Below, in pieces: positions 9,535-18,605 of a DNA stretch of 64,000 nt. The DNA is taken from positions 96,001-160,000 of the forward strand of contig CAXULY010000002.1 in assembly GCA_964252075.1 (NCBI GenBank). The letters run 5' to 3'. The translations under genes and the position numbers were made by a program. The stretch is from an uncultured Deinococcaceae bacterium. GTDB lineage: Bacteria > Deinococcota > Deinococci > Deinococcales > Deinococcaceae. A model generated the notes under the pieces. It worked only from the letters and a program-made list of their open reading frames with translations, was not told the origin of the DNA and made no database searches. Every line of letters starts with the position of its first letter. Within the stretch, counting starts at the first letter, position 1.

Positions 9535-10509
9535 ATGCAACCCAAACGCGTGCTGGCCGTGGCGATGCTCTCCCTTCCTCTCGTTCTGAACCTCGCCGCC
9601 TGCTCCGGACAGGTCGGCCCACAGGGCGCTCAAGGCCCCGCGGGTGCCCAGGGACCACAAGGGCCCACCGGCGCTCAAGGGCCCAGTGGCGCGACGGGCG
9701 CCACTGGAGCCACCGGCAGCACCGGAGCCCAGGGCCCCTCCGGCGGTAAAGGCGCGACGGGCGCCACGGGAGCACCAGGGGCGAGCGGCGCTCCGGGTGA
9801 ACCGGGCGCCACGGGTGCGACCGGCGCGACTGGTCCCCAGGGTGATCCCGGCGCGACGGGCGCAACGGGTCCGCAAGGTGATCCCGGCGCCACCGGGCCC
9901 ACGGGCCCGACCGGCGACCCAGGCGCCACCGGCGCGACCGGTCCGCAAGGCGATCCGGGTGCCACCGGTCCGCAGGGTCCACAGGGCCCGCAAGGCGACC
10001 CGGGCGCGACCGGCGCCACTGGAGCAACGGGCGCCACTGGCCCAGCAGGATCTGGCGCGCGGAGCGAAACGGTCACCATTCCCGGCAGTAACTTTGGTGC
10101 GGCCAACTACGTCAACTTCACGGGCCCAGGCAATCTCTTCGCCAGAGGCACATACGTCTACGATGCCTTCACACAAAGCATGACGACGGATGATGTGGTG
10201 ATGGTCTACTACAAGCCGAGCACCACGCCGCAGTGGCAGGTGATGCCCTTCAGTCAGCAAGACAGCACGGGATACACGCAGCAAACCTTATTCACTTTCC
10301 AGAACAAGGTCATTTCGCTGTATTACGCGTACAGCAACTGTGGCGCGAACTGCGAAAGCGCGGTTCAGAACCTCACGATTCCGGATGCGCAGTACCGGAT
10401 CATCATCATGCCCACGACGACCGCAGCGGCCGTCCGGGCAGCGGGCGTCCCGATGTCCAGCATGAATGCCGTCGAGACGTACTTGAACGCGCACGGCGGA
10501 CTTCGCTAG
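9535..10509 (+). CDS. Collagen-like lipoprotein
   Basis: Lipobox LAAC, about 49 uninterrupted G-X-Y triplets (GAT/GPQ/GDP), globular aromatic-rich C-domain. Confidence 0.9.
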   Translation: MQPKRVLAVAMLSLPLVLNLAACSGQVGPQGAQGPAGAQGPQGPTGAQGPSGATGATGATGSTGAQGPSGGKGATGATGAPGASGAPGEPGATGATGATGPQGDPGATGATGPQGDPGATGPTGPTGDPGATGATGPQGDPGATGPQGPQGPQGDPGATGATGATGATGPAGSGARSETVTIPGSNFGAANYVNFTGPGNLFARGTYVYDAFTQSMTTDDVVMVYYKPSTTPQWQVMPFSQQDSTGYTQQTLFTFQNKVISLYYAYSNCGANCESAVQNLTIPDAQYRIIIMPTTTAAAVRAAGVPMSSMNAVETYLNAHGGLR

Positions 10510-10520
10510 TCCACGCGTAC

Positions 10521-10557
10521 GCACACCACCTCGCACTGAAGTGAGGTGGTGTTGTGC
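10521..10557. terminator. Hairpin between convergent genes
   Basis: ACACCACCTC...GAGGTGGTGT inverted repeat. Confidence 0.6.
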
Positions 10558-10757
10558 TAGCGCTGCGCCTTGAGCCAGTCCTCCAGCTGCGTGCACCCGC
10601 CCTCGCCATACCCGTCGCCCTTGAGCTTCCGCCAGCGCCACACGTTCCCGTCCAGCTGGATGGTGGCGGCGTCTCCGTCCTTGCAGGGCAGGTGATAGAG
10701 CTGCTTCTCTTTGACGTCCGCGAGGCTCGTGAGGGGCAAGCCGGGGAGGAGGGTCAT
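10557..10757 (-). CDS. Small hypothetical protein (66 aa)
   Basis: MTLLPGLPLTSL...WLKAQR, host-like codon bias, ends at a hairpin. Confidence 0.55.
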   Translation of the reverse strand: MTLLPGLPLTSLADVKEKQLYHLPCKDGDAATIQLDGNVWRWRKLKGDGYGEGGCTQLEDWLKAQR

Positions 10758-11016
10758 GCGGAGGATCCGAAATGTGCATGTGAGGCGGGGCGGCGTATGC
10801 GCACGTCCCACCTCACCGCCTCTCGCGCCTCAAGAAGTCTAAATGGGAATGCACATGAACATTTGCTCGTAACTATGGGTTTGGAAATACTTCGCCATAC
10901 CGCTCATATAACACTTGTGTGCACTTGGCAGCCGAAGTTAACGAACCTTTAGCGTCCCGTGGTTCATGATATATCGAAACCAAGCCAAAGCTACGTCGTC
11001 TTCTCCACCAGGAGGC

Positions 11017-11900
11017 ATGATGAACACAGCTGATATCTCGTATTTGAGGTTCCGTATGTGGGTTGGCATCCTCGGACTTTTCTTGCCAATATCGGTAAGG
11101 GTAGTGGGGTTTTTTGTCGATGGTCTAAGCATTAGAGATTTTGATACAATAAGTGCTCATTATTATTCAAGCGCACGTGACATCTTCGTCGCTACAATGG
11201 TCCTTAATGGAGGCATGTTGTTTTTTATCGCACGTCTCGATACTTTGATGGAATAATAGCAAAATGCTGTGGCTTAGCAGCAATAGGTATTGGAATCTTT
11301 CCCATGATGTCTCCGCGCATTTACGGTGGGTACTCAGTAGATTTGTGGCCCGATACTTTTATATTCGATTCGTATAAATTTCTGAGCCTTGGTTTGCACA
11401 ATATATGCGTTGCGATATTTTTCACCTTAGGGGCTTATTTAGTATTTGTATCATTCCGCAAAACATCATTGGCGAATGAAATTAGGCGCAAGCCTATAAT
11501 AGTAGGCAAGGCAACCGATTTAGAGGACCATAGCGACGCGAAAAAGCTACGTAACCGGATATATGTGTGGTGTGCAGCTCTGATGCTGGTTGGCATGGTG
11601 CTCTTTCTGTCGAGCCCAGCAGTTGCTAAAAAGCTAGGCACAACGATTGAAGCGAAACGTATAGCGGGTGAGTGGCGATTTGCAACTGAAAGTCTTGCAA
11701 TTTTTTCCTTCGCTTTTGCATGGCTGGTGAAGGGTCAATCAGTTCCATTCCTCAAAAAATGGATTGCTGATTCAAGTCCTTCGCCAAACTCTCATCAGCT
11801 TCATCGCCTGAGTTTTCTTAGGAACAAAGCGTTCTCGTCTTTGAACAAACAAAAATACTTCTCTTATGTACTGACCAGCAGTAGTTATCCAATTACTTGA
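11017..11900 (+). pseudogene. AT-rich multi-pass membrane protein, frameshifted at T6 (11221-11226)
   Basis: Adding one T joins ORF 10966-11256 to ORF 11304-11900 through LFFYRTSRYFDGIIAKCCGLAAIGIGIFPM; AGGAGG RBS. Confidence 0.7.
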
Positions 11901-12131
11901 GATAACTACTGTGCGCATACGACCCACTCGCGGTATGTCGTTCTCGAACTAAACGAGGAGTGCGCTCAAATTGGGCGCACTCATCCAATGCCCAGCCGGC
12001 GGCGCCTAAACCCAGGCGCTATAGGTAGGACGGTTCAACGTGGGCATGCACTCGACCTCGAGTCGCGTGCACCTCCTCGACCGCGACCACTGGTGCACGC
12101 TGCTCCTCTGCCCTGATGGCCGCCGCATGAC

Positions 12132-12440
12132 GTGAGAGCGGTCGAGGAGCGTGTGGAGGTCCGCGCGCGACCGGTCATCATCATGACCAGCGGGGACGGG
12201 CAGATGGCGGGGCCCGCCGTGCCGCAGACCATCGGGTACCTGCCGCACATGATCACCAGGGGCCGCACGCGCCTCAACGTGACTGAGGTGGGCGATGAGT
12301 GGCGGTTCGGCGGGCGCTGGTGGCTGGGCGAAAGCCCACGCGACTGCTACCGCGTCCGGTGCAGCAACGGCTGGGAGCTGGAGTTGCACCGCATCGACGA
12401 TGACGAGGGCGCGTGGTGGCTCGCACGGATTCAGGACTAA
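12132..12440 (+). CDS. DUF6504 / ImuB-C-like small protein
   Basis: EWRFGGRWW...RDCYRV...ELEL...WWLARIQD pattern. Confidence 0.7.
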   Translation: MRAVEERVEVRARPVIIMTSGDGQMAGPAVPQTIGYLPHMITRGRTRLNVTEVGDEWRFGGRWWLGESPRDCYRVRCSNGWELELHRIDDDEGAWWLARIQD

Positions 12441-12847
12441 GCCATAGGAGGCAGGCCCTGCAGCTCGCGAATAGTATTCAAAAACCCAAGCAGTAGTGAT
12501 TCAAATGGTTCGAGGGCAAAGAAGGACTTATCTATAGCGACTTCCATTTCGTTGGCGGCTTCAATAACCTCTTCCGGAATTTCTTCATCACTATTGATTT
12601 GGTTTTTCAAAGCATCGAGATGAGCTTGGAAGTGTTCAACGGCAACGGCGGTACTGCTCTTGGCTTGCTCATAAGCAGCAATAGCCTTCGCGACATGAGC
12701 GGCGGAGTCGCGCTGTTGCTGCTCAGGAAGTGAAGAAGGGTCAGAATAAAGTGGATTGCCTTTCACCAAATCAACGAGTTGATTTACTTTAGAGATTCGG
12801 TTGTAATGAAGATGGATTTTCTCGTCTAACGCATGAAGTGTCTGCAT
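12437..12847 (-). CDS. Hypothetical helical protein, low GC
   Basis: 136-aa ORF in an AT-rich patch. Confidence 0.6.
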   Translation of the reverse strand: MQTLHALDEKIHLHYNRISKVNQLVDLVKGNPLYSDPSSLPEQQQRDSAAHVAKAIAAYEQAKSSTAVAVEHFQAHLDALKNQINSDEEIPEEVIEAANEMEVAIDKSFFALEPFESLLLGFLNTIRELQGLPPMA

Positions 12848-12874
12848 GGCCCATAGTATCGGTCAAACGAAGAC

Positions 12875-12908
12875 GCGCCCCCACCCGCCCGAAGGCAGGT
12901 GGGGGCGC
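12875..12908. terminator. Hairpin after the minus-strand phage late genes
   Basis: GCGCCCCCACC...GGTGGGGGCGC stem. Confidence 0.65.
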
Positions 12909-12953
12909 TTGATTCATGGTGCACGGGTGATTCCGGTGAACTCTATTCCGGGC

Positions 12954-13362
12954 CTAGAACCGCACGGTGTAGGGGCCGAGGCCGCCACGCGTGTACTCCG
13001 CGACGCCGTGCCCGACGCCGCCCTCAGGCAGCCCGAAGGACTTGCCGCCCGGCACATCGAGGCCAGCGCCGAAGCTGCACACGACGTCCAGCTGGTCCGC
13101 CTTGCAGCGCCCGTCATTCACGCGCAGGCCTGCGCCGATCAGGGTGAGCCTGGTCAGCGTGGCCGTGCTCGCGCCCGCGTCGAAGCACACCCGCGTGGCG
13201 GCCGGGTGTCCGTCGGGCTCCGGCAGGCTGCAGCTGGTGGCCGCCGTAAGGCGCAGGACGGCGGGCGTGGGGTCCGTGAGGGGCTGACGTGGGGTCCAGC
13301 GTGGTCGCCATGGGCGCGCAGGCGCCGAGCAGCACCACTCCCAGCAGCGCGAGCCTCTTCAC
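12954..13362 (-). pseudogene. Phage-associated lipoprotein, frameshifted near 13280
   Basis: MKRLALLGVVLLGAC lipobox; removing one base joins it to LTDPTPAVLRL...CFDAGAST...YTVRF; GTGA overlap with the upstream gene. Confidence 0.6.
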
Positions 13363-13721
13363 TCCACGCCGCCTTCGTGCAGCTCCGGGGCGTCCGTCAC
13401 GGGCGCGGCCTCCCCGCCGCACGCGACAAGCCACGCGTAGCCCTTCTCGACCGCCACATCGACGGCGCTCTTCTCGATGCCGTCCACGAACGGCAGGTCC
13501 AGGTACGCGCCCGCCACGGGAATGAGGCCGTCGTACTGCTCCACGGCCCCCAGCAGCGTCTTCTTGGCCCACTGCTTCTTCTCGGTGCCCGTCGCGCCCG
13601 GCAGCGCCTCGTTGGCCTTCCGGGCGATCCAGCGCCCCGCCTCGACGAGCCCGTTCACGGTGATCTTGGTGCCGAGGATCTGCTTCAGGTGCTCCAGGGT
13701 GGTGCTGTTGCTGTTCGTCAT
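13359..13721 (-). CDS. Phage hypothetical protein (weakly holin-region-like)
   Basis: GATGTEKKQWAKK motif, GGAGGG RBS, downstream of tail-like genes; no clear TM helix. Confidence 0.6.
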   Translation of the reverse strand: MTNSNSTTLEHLKQILGTKITVNGLVEAGRWIARKANEALPGATGTEKKQWAKKTLLGAVEQYDGLIPVAGAYLDLPFVDGIEKSAVDVAVEKGYAWLVACGGEAAPVTDAPELHEGGVE

Positions 13722-13794
13722 GCTGCCCTCCTATGGGCGCGCCCCAGGCCGGGCAGCCTGGGGCGGTGGGGTGCGTGGGGCCGAGGTGCGGGCG

Positions 13795-14049
13795 TTAGAC
13801 TTCGTGACGCTCGATGCGCGCCCGAATGTCCGCGAGGGCGTCCTGAATGTCGGCGTGCAGCTCCGCTTCGCTGCCGTACTGCTCGACGTTGAAGCTGACG
13901 CGCGCGGCCTTCAGGTCGTGGTCGTACCGAATGTCCTCCCGGATAGGACTGGCGTCACTGTCCACATGGAACTTGACGGTCCAGCCATCCGGCAGGGCGC
14001 TGTGCTCTTCCGCGAGGTGAATCTGGTGGTGGGCGTCCTCAAGCTGCAT
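13795..14049 (-). CDS. Phage hypothetical protein (84 aa)
   Basis: GGAGGG RBS, coherent codon bias. Confidence 0.65.
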   Translation of the reverse strand: MQLEDAHHQIHLAEEHSALPDGWTVKFHVDSDASPIREDIRYDHDLKAARVSFNVEQYGSEAELHADIQDALADIRARIERHEV

Positions 14050-14076
14050 GCGTGCCCTCCAGGGCGTGAAGCAAGG

Positions 14077-14113
14077 CGGGCAATAACAGGAAGATCCCTC
14101 CTGTTATTGCCCG
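14077..14113. terminator. 15-bp-stem hairpin
   Basis: CGGGCAATAACAGGA-N7-TCCTGTTATTGCCCG. Confidence 0.65.
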
Positions 14114-14153
14114 GTTGGATTGGGAGTGCCCCGCGGGGCACGACGGGCTGCGC

Positions 14154-15731
14154 TTACGGCACCGCGAGGGTGCTACCCACAGTGGTTCCCCGGCTCGCCA
14201 TCAGGGCGTTGTGCAGGTCCACCACGCTCTGCCCCGTGGGATCCGCGTCGCGCAGGTACTTCATGTTGCCGGTGCTCTGCCCACCGTTCTTCACGGCGTC
14301 CGCGCTGATCGGGTCAAAGGTCGTGGCACTGCCGGACGTGAGGCTGTAGTAGCTGTTGTTGCTCCAGGTGTTGAACCCCCAGATGACCTGTCCACCCACT
14401 GTCTGACCGTTGTGGTAGTCCGACACCTGATACGCCGCGCCGAACGTCGGGCTGTACGTCACACCGTTCAGGTGCTTCGCCGTAACAAACACGAAGTTGT
14501 TGATGATGGTGTTGTGGTGCCCGGCCTGCTGCGTGACGTAGCCCCGCGGTCCGTAACAGTAGTTCTGCTCCACCGTGACGTAACTGGTATTCGTCGCGAG
14601 GGTGTCGTTCGTGCCCGTGCGGTTGTTGTCGCCCACGAGGATGCAGGTGCTGGTGCAACTGGTTTCACCGGTTGCCTGATAGCCGTCGGCGTTCAGGGTG
14701 ATCTGGTTCGACGGGTTGTACGTGGTGCTCACGCCGTCCTGGTAGTTCCAGTCGTAGCCGCCGGTGCTCTGCAGCAGGTTCCGCCGCACCGTCGCGGGGT
14801 ACGCCGCCGAGCCGCCCGAGCCGTTCTGGAAGGTGATGAGGTCCTCGTGGCGGCTCTGACCCAGGTCGTTGAACACTTGGTTGTCGCTGATGTCGATGGG
14901 CACGCCCGGACACTGGTTCACCCGCACGAAGTTCGCGACGTTCCAGCCGTAAATGCCGTTGTTGGCGACACGTAAGCTGTTCTTGTTGTGCGTGCTGCCC
15001 CAGTTGGACCGGATGTAGCGCCCCAGTGATGCGCTCCAGATGCGCCCGTCCACGTTGCGGACGCGGTTGCGTTGGATCAGCACGTGATCGCCCGCCGCAG
15101 GGTTCCCCTGGAACACGAACGTGTTGCTGTTCCCGTGGATGTAGATGCCACTGCCCGCCGCGAGAAAGTCGCACCCGATGACCTCCAGCCACAGCACCTC
15201 GTCGCCGTTCACGGCGTACGCTGCGCTGCGGTTGTCCTTGGTGGGGGGTAGCACCGTGAGCTGGCAGTTGTACAGGCCGAGCCGCATGCGGAACGTGCCA
15301 AACAGCGGGCCAGCGCCCTTCACGCGGCAATCCTGGAAGATCACCTTCGTGCCGGTGTTCGGGATGCTCAGGACGGTGCTCATGTTAGCGTTCTGCGCGT
15401 CCGTCGCGGCGATGTTGCGACCCGTGATGGTCACGCTGGCCTGCTTGGCGGTGTTCGCGGCGTTGATGATGGTCTGGACCGCGCTGGGGTCCTCCCACAC
15501 GATGCCCGGGTCCGGTGGCGGGGGCGGCGTCACGATGGTGGTGAGGGCGCGGAGCTCCACCACCCGCCCGTACTTCAGGTCGAGTACGAGGGTGAAGGGA
15601 TCCGTGAGGGTCGTGGCGACCAGCGCGCGCGGCCCATCCCGCCTGTACCCGATGGTGGCCGCCGCATCGAAGTAGTACGGGGGCACCGCGCCCGCGGGGG
15701 CGGGCTGCAGGTAGTAGATGATCTGCGCCAT
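14154..15731 (-). CDS. Right-handed beta-helix protein (tailspike/depolymerase-like)
   Basis: Asn/Gly-rich periodic beta repeats (GIYIHG, IQRNRVRNVDG, ISDNQVFN, VRRNLLQ, VEQNYCYG) after a Pro linker. Confidence 0.7.
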   Translation of the reverse strand: MAQIIYYLQPAPAGAVPPYYFDAAATIGYRRDGPRALVATTLTDPFTLVLDLKYGRVVELRALTTIVTPPPPPDPGIVWEDPSAVQTIINAANTAKQASVTITGRNIAATDAQNANMSTVLSIPNTGTKVIFQDCRVKGAGPLFGTFRMRLGLYNCQLTVLPPTKDNRSAAYAVNGDEVLWLEVIGCDFLAAGSGIYIHGNSNTFVFQGNPAAGDHVLIQRNRVRNVDGRIWSASLGRYIRSNWGSTHNKNSLRVANNGIYGWNVANFVRVNQCPGVPIDISDNQVFNDLGQSRHEDLITFQNGSGGSAAYPATVRRNLLQSTGGYDWNYQDGVSTTYNPSNQITLNADGYQATGETSCTSTCILVGDNNRTGTNDTLATNTSYVTVEQNYCYGPRGYVTQQAGHHNTIINNFVFVTAKHLNGVTYSPTFGAAYQVSDYHNGQTVGGQVIWGFNTWSNNSYYSLTSGSATTFDPISADAVKNGGQSTGNMKYLRDADPTGQSVVDLHNALMASRGTTVGSTLAVP

Positions 15732-17089
15732 TAGGCCACCGGCGCAGGGTCGGTCGAGCGCGAGAAGGACGGCCGGCCGATCTTCAGGTACCCCAGGTCG
15801 ATGCCGAAGCCCCAGTCACCTGCGCCCAGCACCTGATTCTGGTACGCCTCCAGCGTGAGGGCGGCGGGCTCGGCGGTGCCGTAGGTCCAGATCTTGCCCC
15901 GGATCTTGGTGCCCTCCAGGCGCAGCCAGCCTTCGTACATGGTGCCCTGCACCAGCTTGATGGCGGTGTTGGTGAGGTTGCCACCCGTCGTGGCCTGAAT
16001 CGTGTTGGCGACGCCGTTCACGGTGACCACGAAGGTCACGCCGCTGGTGTTCAGCTGCATCGCGACGTTCGTCTCACTGCCCACCGCGCCCGTCGCGCGC
16101 CCCACCCAGCGGATGTACCCAATGGTGCCGTTGTCGTTCTCCAAGACACCGCGCACCTCGCCGTCCACCCAGCTGCTCGTGCTGACGCGCGTGATGATGC
16201 GGCGGTTGGTGCCACTGCTCGTGCCACCCGCGTTGAACTTCATGAACACACCGCCGGGGTACGCAGCGTCCGAACCGACCGCGACTGGCTGGGACGGCTG
16301 GAGGTACGGCATGCGGTAGTTCGCGGTGGTGGGGGTGTTCGTGGTGGTGTCGTTGAGGTTGTAGCTGCTGAGGTTGTCGAAGATCGGCGTGAGGCTCGCG
16401 TCCACGATGCTCAGCAGATCCCGCACGCGGAACGCAAACTGATTCGCGCCTGTCGCGACGCCCGCCTCCAGGTACGGGCGGATGGCGGTGGGCTGCAGTC
16501 CCGCAGGGACCGGTGAAGTGACGGCCTGCCAGTTCGTGGCGGTGAGGCTCGTCTTGTCGATCAGCACGATGCGCTGCCCCGCCGTGAGTCCGCCCGCCGC
16601 GACCGTGACGGTGCCCCCCTCGCGCTTGATGGTGCCCGTGGACTCCTTGTAGTACCAAGTGACGTCCTTGAGGTCCACCGTCCACGGCTGCGCTTCTTTC
16701 AGCACGGTGCTGCCCGGCAGCAGGTAGCACAGGCGGTCCGTGGCGACCGCGCTGGAGTCCAGTCCGGTCACGATGTACGGGTCAGGGGAGGTGAACACCA
16801 CGATGAGGCCCGCCGCGCTGAACGTCGCGCCGCTCGTGAAGGCGCTCGGCGTGCTGTACAGGGCGTTCCCGAAGCTGAACTGGTCGCCGGGGTTGTACTG
16901 GGTGTTCGCGGCCCACGCGCCGCGGTTCACGACGTTCTGCCCCTTCACGACGCCGAGGTCGGCGGTCGTGCCGTCCGTGTACGTCTGGATCAGGTGCCCT
17001 GCGGCGTCGATCACGCTGCTCTGAATGCCGCGCCCAGGCGTGCCCGGACCCCCGCCGCCACCAGCCGGCGGCCTGCTGCCCCACGTCAT
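15731..17089 (-). CDS. Phage tail fibre / receptor-binding-like protein
   Basis: GRGIQSSVIDAAGHLIQTYTDGTTADLG tail-fibre-type motif, GAWAANTQYNPGD CBM5/12-like motif, ConA-like C-terminus. Confidence 0.7.
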   Translation of the reverse strand: MTWGSRPPAGGGGGPGTPGRGIQSSVIDAAGHLIQTYTDGTTADLGVVKGQNVVNRGAWAANTQYNPGDQFSFGNALYSTPSAFTSGATFSAAGLIVVFTSPDPYIVTGLDSSAVATDRLCYLLPGSTVLKEAQPWTVDLKDVTWYYKESTGTIKREGGTVTVAAGGLTAGQRIVLIDKTSLTATNWQAVTSPVPAGLQPTAIRPYLEAGVATGANQFAFRVRDLLSIVDASLTPIFDNLSSYNLNDTTTNTPTTANYRMPYLQPSQPVAVGSDAAYPGGVFMKFNAGGTSSGTNRRIITRVSTSSWVDGEVRGVLENDNGTIGYIRWVGRATGAVGSETNVAMQLNTSGVTFVVTVNGVANTIQATTGGNLTNTAIKLVQGTMYEGWLRLEGTKIRGKIWTYGTAEPAALTLEAYQNQVLGAGDWGFGIDLGYLKIGRPSFSRSTDPAPVA

Positions 17090-17421
17090 GAGAAGAACTC
17101 CAGCCGCACGTCACCCGTGCTCAGGAGCGCGATGTGCGTGAGGCCCGACACGACGAAGGTATCTGCCGCCCCTGCGGGGATGTAGGCAGGCGCCGTGCCG
17201 TCCATGATGGCCCCACTGGGTACGGCGGCTGTCACCCCTACGTCTTTCCCGCCACGCACCCACGCGGCGCCGGCGAACGTGACGATGTAAGCGAAACGCG
17301 CTCCTGCAGGGATGGCAATGGCACCCCCTGCGGGGGCCTGGTAGTAGTTCCCGCCGTATCCGAGCGGCAGGATGCTGATGGGCGAACCGTTGGGGCTCTG
17401 GACCTGGAGGAGTGCCTGCAT
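17086..17421 (-). CDS. Phage hypothetical protein (111 aa)
   Basis: GAGGTGA RBS; ATGA overlap with the tail-like gene. Confidence 0.65.
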   Translation of the reverse strand: MQALLQVQSPNGSPISILPLGYGGNYYQAPAGGAIAIPAGARFAYIVTFAGAAWVRGGKDVGVTAAVPSGAIMDGTAPAYIPAGAADTFVVSGLTHIALLSTGDVRLEFFS

Positions 17422-17444
17422 GGGTCACCTCGTGACAAGAAGGC

Positions 17445-17470
17445 GCCCGCATGCGCTGACACATGCGGGC
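17445..17470 (-). terminator. Hairpin at the inferred deletion junction
   Basis: GCCCGCATG-N8-CATGCGGGC. Confidence 0.5.
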
Positions 17471-17475
17471 TGGGT

Positions 17476-18567
17476 TTGACCGAGAACATCGACACGGACA
17501 CGCCCACGGGCCGCATGATGCTGACCATCCTCGCGGGCCTCGCCGAGCTGGAGGTGGAGATCACCCGCGAACGCATGGAGGCCGGGCGCCTGCAGGCCGC
17601 AAGCCAGGGCATCTTCCCCAGCAGCGACGAAGCGCTCCCGCTCGGGTACGTCCGTGGGCCTGACGGTCGGGTGATCGAACATGCGGACCACGCCGATATG
17701 GTGCGGCTGGTCTTCGAGCTGGCGCAGGGCGGGACGTCGTACATGTCGGTCGCGTCCGAGCTGACGCGCCGAGGGGTGCGGACATCCCGCGCCGCCACCT
17801 GGGGCGTCGTCCAAGTGCGGCGCGTGATCCTCACGACCACCTACTACACGGGCGTCATTCAGTACCGCTCCTCCGTTCTGGCGGACCAGCCAGATGCCTG
17901 GGTTCCCATCCCTGCGCCTGCCCTGGTCAGCGAGGGGGTGTGGCGCGGCGCACAACGGGACCGCGCGAAGAACCATGGACGCCGCAATACCGGCCGGTAC
18001 CCACTGACGGGACACCTGGAGTGCGTGTGCGGCACGCCGCTCCAGGGCAGGACGAACAAAGGCAAGCGCAACACACATGCGTCGCACCGCTACTACCGGT
18101 GCATGTACTCCAATCGACACGGCAAGCTCTGCAGCAATGGCAACCGCGAGCGGCTGTGGGACGCCGACCGCACGGAACAAAGCGCCCGCGAACAGTTGGT
18201 CGCGGCGCTGCAGGACCCGAATGCGCTCGCGGCGTACCACGCCAAGCGGCACGCCGCGGAGGACCGCTCCGCTGAACGGAAGGACATTGAGCGCAAGCAG
18301 GTGGCGCTCCTCGACCTGTATCTGGAGGGCCTCGTCGATCGGGACACGTACACAGTGCGCCGCGCACAGCTGCTGGACGCCCTGGAGGCACTGGCGCCGA
18401 AGCCCGTGCCTCTGCCCTCAACGGCGGGCCTGGACGCCCTGGTGGGCCGCGCAGCGCGCGCGGAGGGCGAAGCGCTGCACGAGCTGGCGGACCTGCTGGA
18501 CGTGGTGTACCGCATGAACCCGGATGGAACGGTCCGACTGGAGAGTATCAATGTGCCCACCCGTTGA
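17476..18567 (+). pseudogene. Large serine recombinase (integrase), lacking the N-terminal catalytic region
   Basis: ENIDTDTPTGRMMLTILAGLAELEVEITRER helix E, PLGY, IPAPALVS, LTGHLECVCG and YYRC zinc ribbon, coiled coil; no YxRVS catalytic motif upstream in frame. Confidence 0.85.
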
Positions 18568-18598
18568 GGTACAGCTGCACTTGCCCCTGTTCCTGACC
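18565..18598 (-). repeat. Right attachment-site arm
   Basis: Starts at the integrase stop codon; inverted copy of 9288-9321. Confidence 0.7.
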
Positions 18599-18605
18599 AC
18601 CGGCC

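Larger units (their letters stand above)
9288..18598. mobile_element. Decayed prophage / integrative element (~9.3 kb)
   Basis: Terminal imperfect inverted arms, truncated serine integrase at the right end, tail-like genes, AT-rich cargo, two frameshifted genes. Confidence 0.8.

Noticed and set aside
9607..10056. Tandem 9/27-bp repeats as a non-coding array
   Set aside because: Fully explained by collagen G-X-Y coding
11932..11948. Possible radiation/desiccation response motif upstream of the DUF6504-like gene
   Set aside because: GTATGTCGTTCTCGAAC is too degenerate at both ends
13359..13721. Firm holin call
   Set aside because: No convincing transmembrane helix and no endolysin nearby
17134..17475. 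N-terminal 114 aa of the 477-aa integrase ORF
   Set aside because: Mostly antisense to gene 17086-17421 and lacks serine-recombinase motifs; fortuitous open frame
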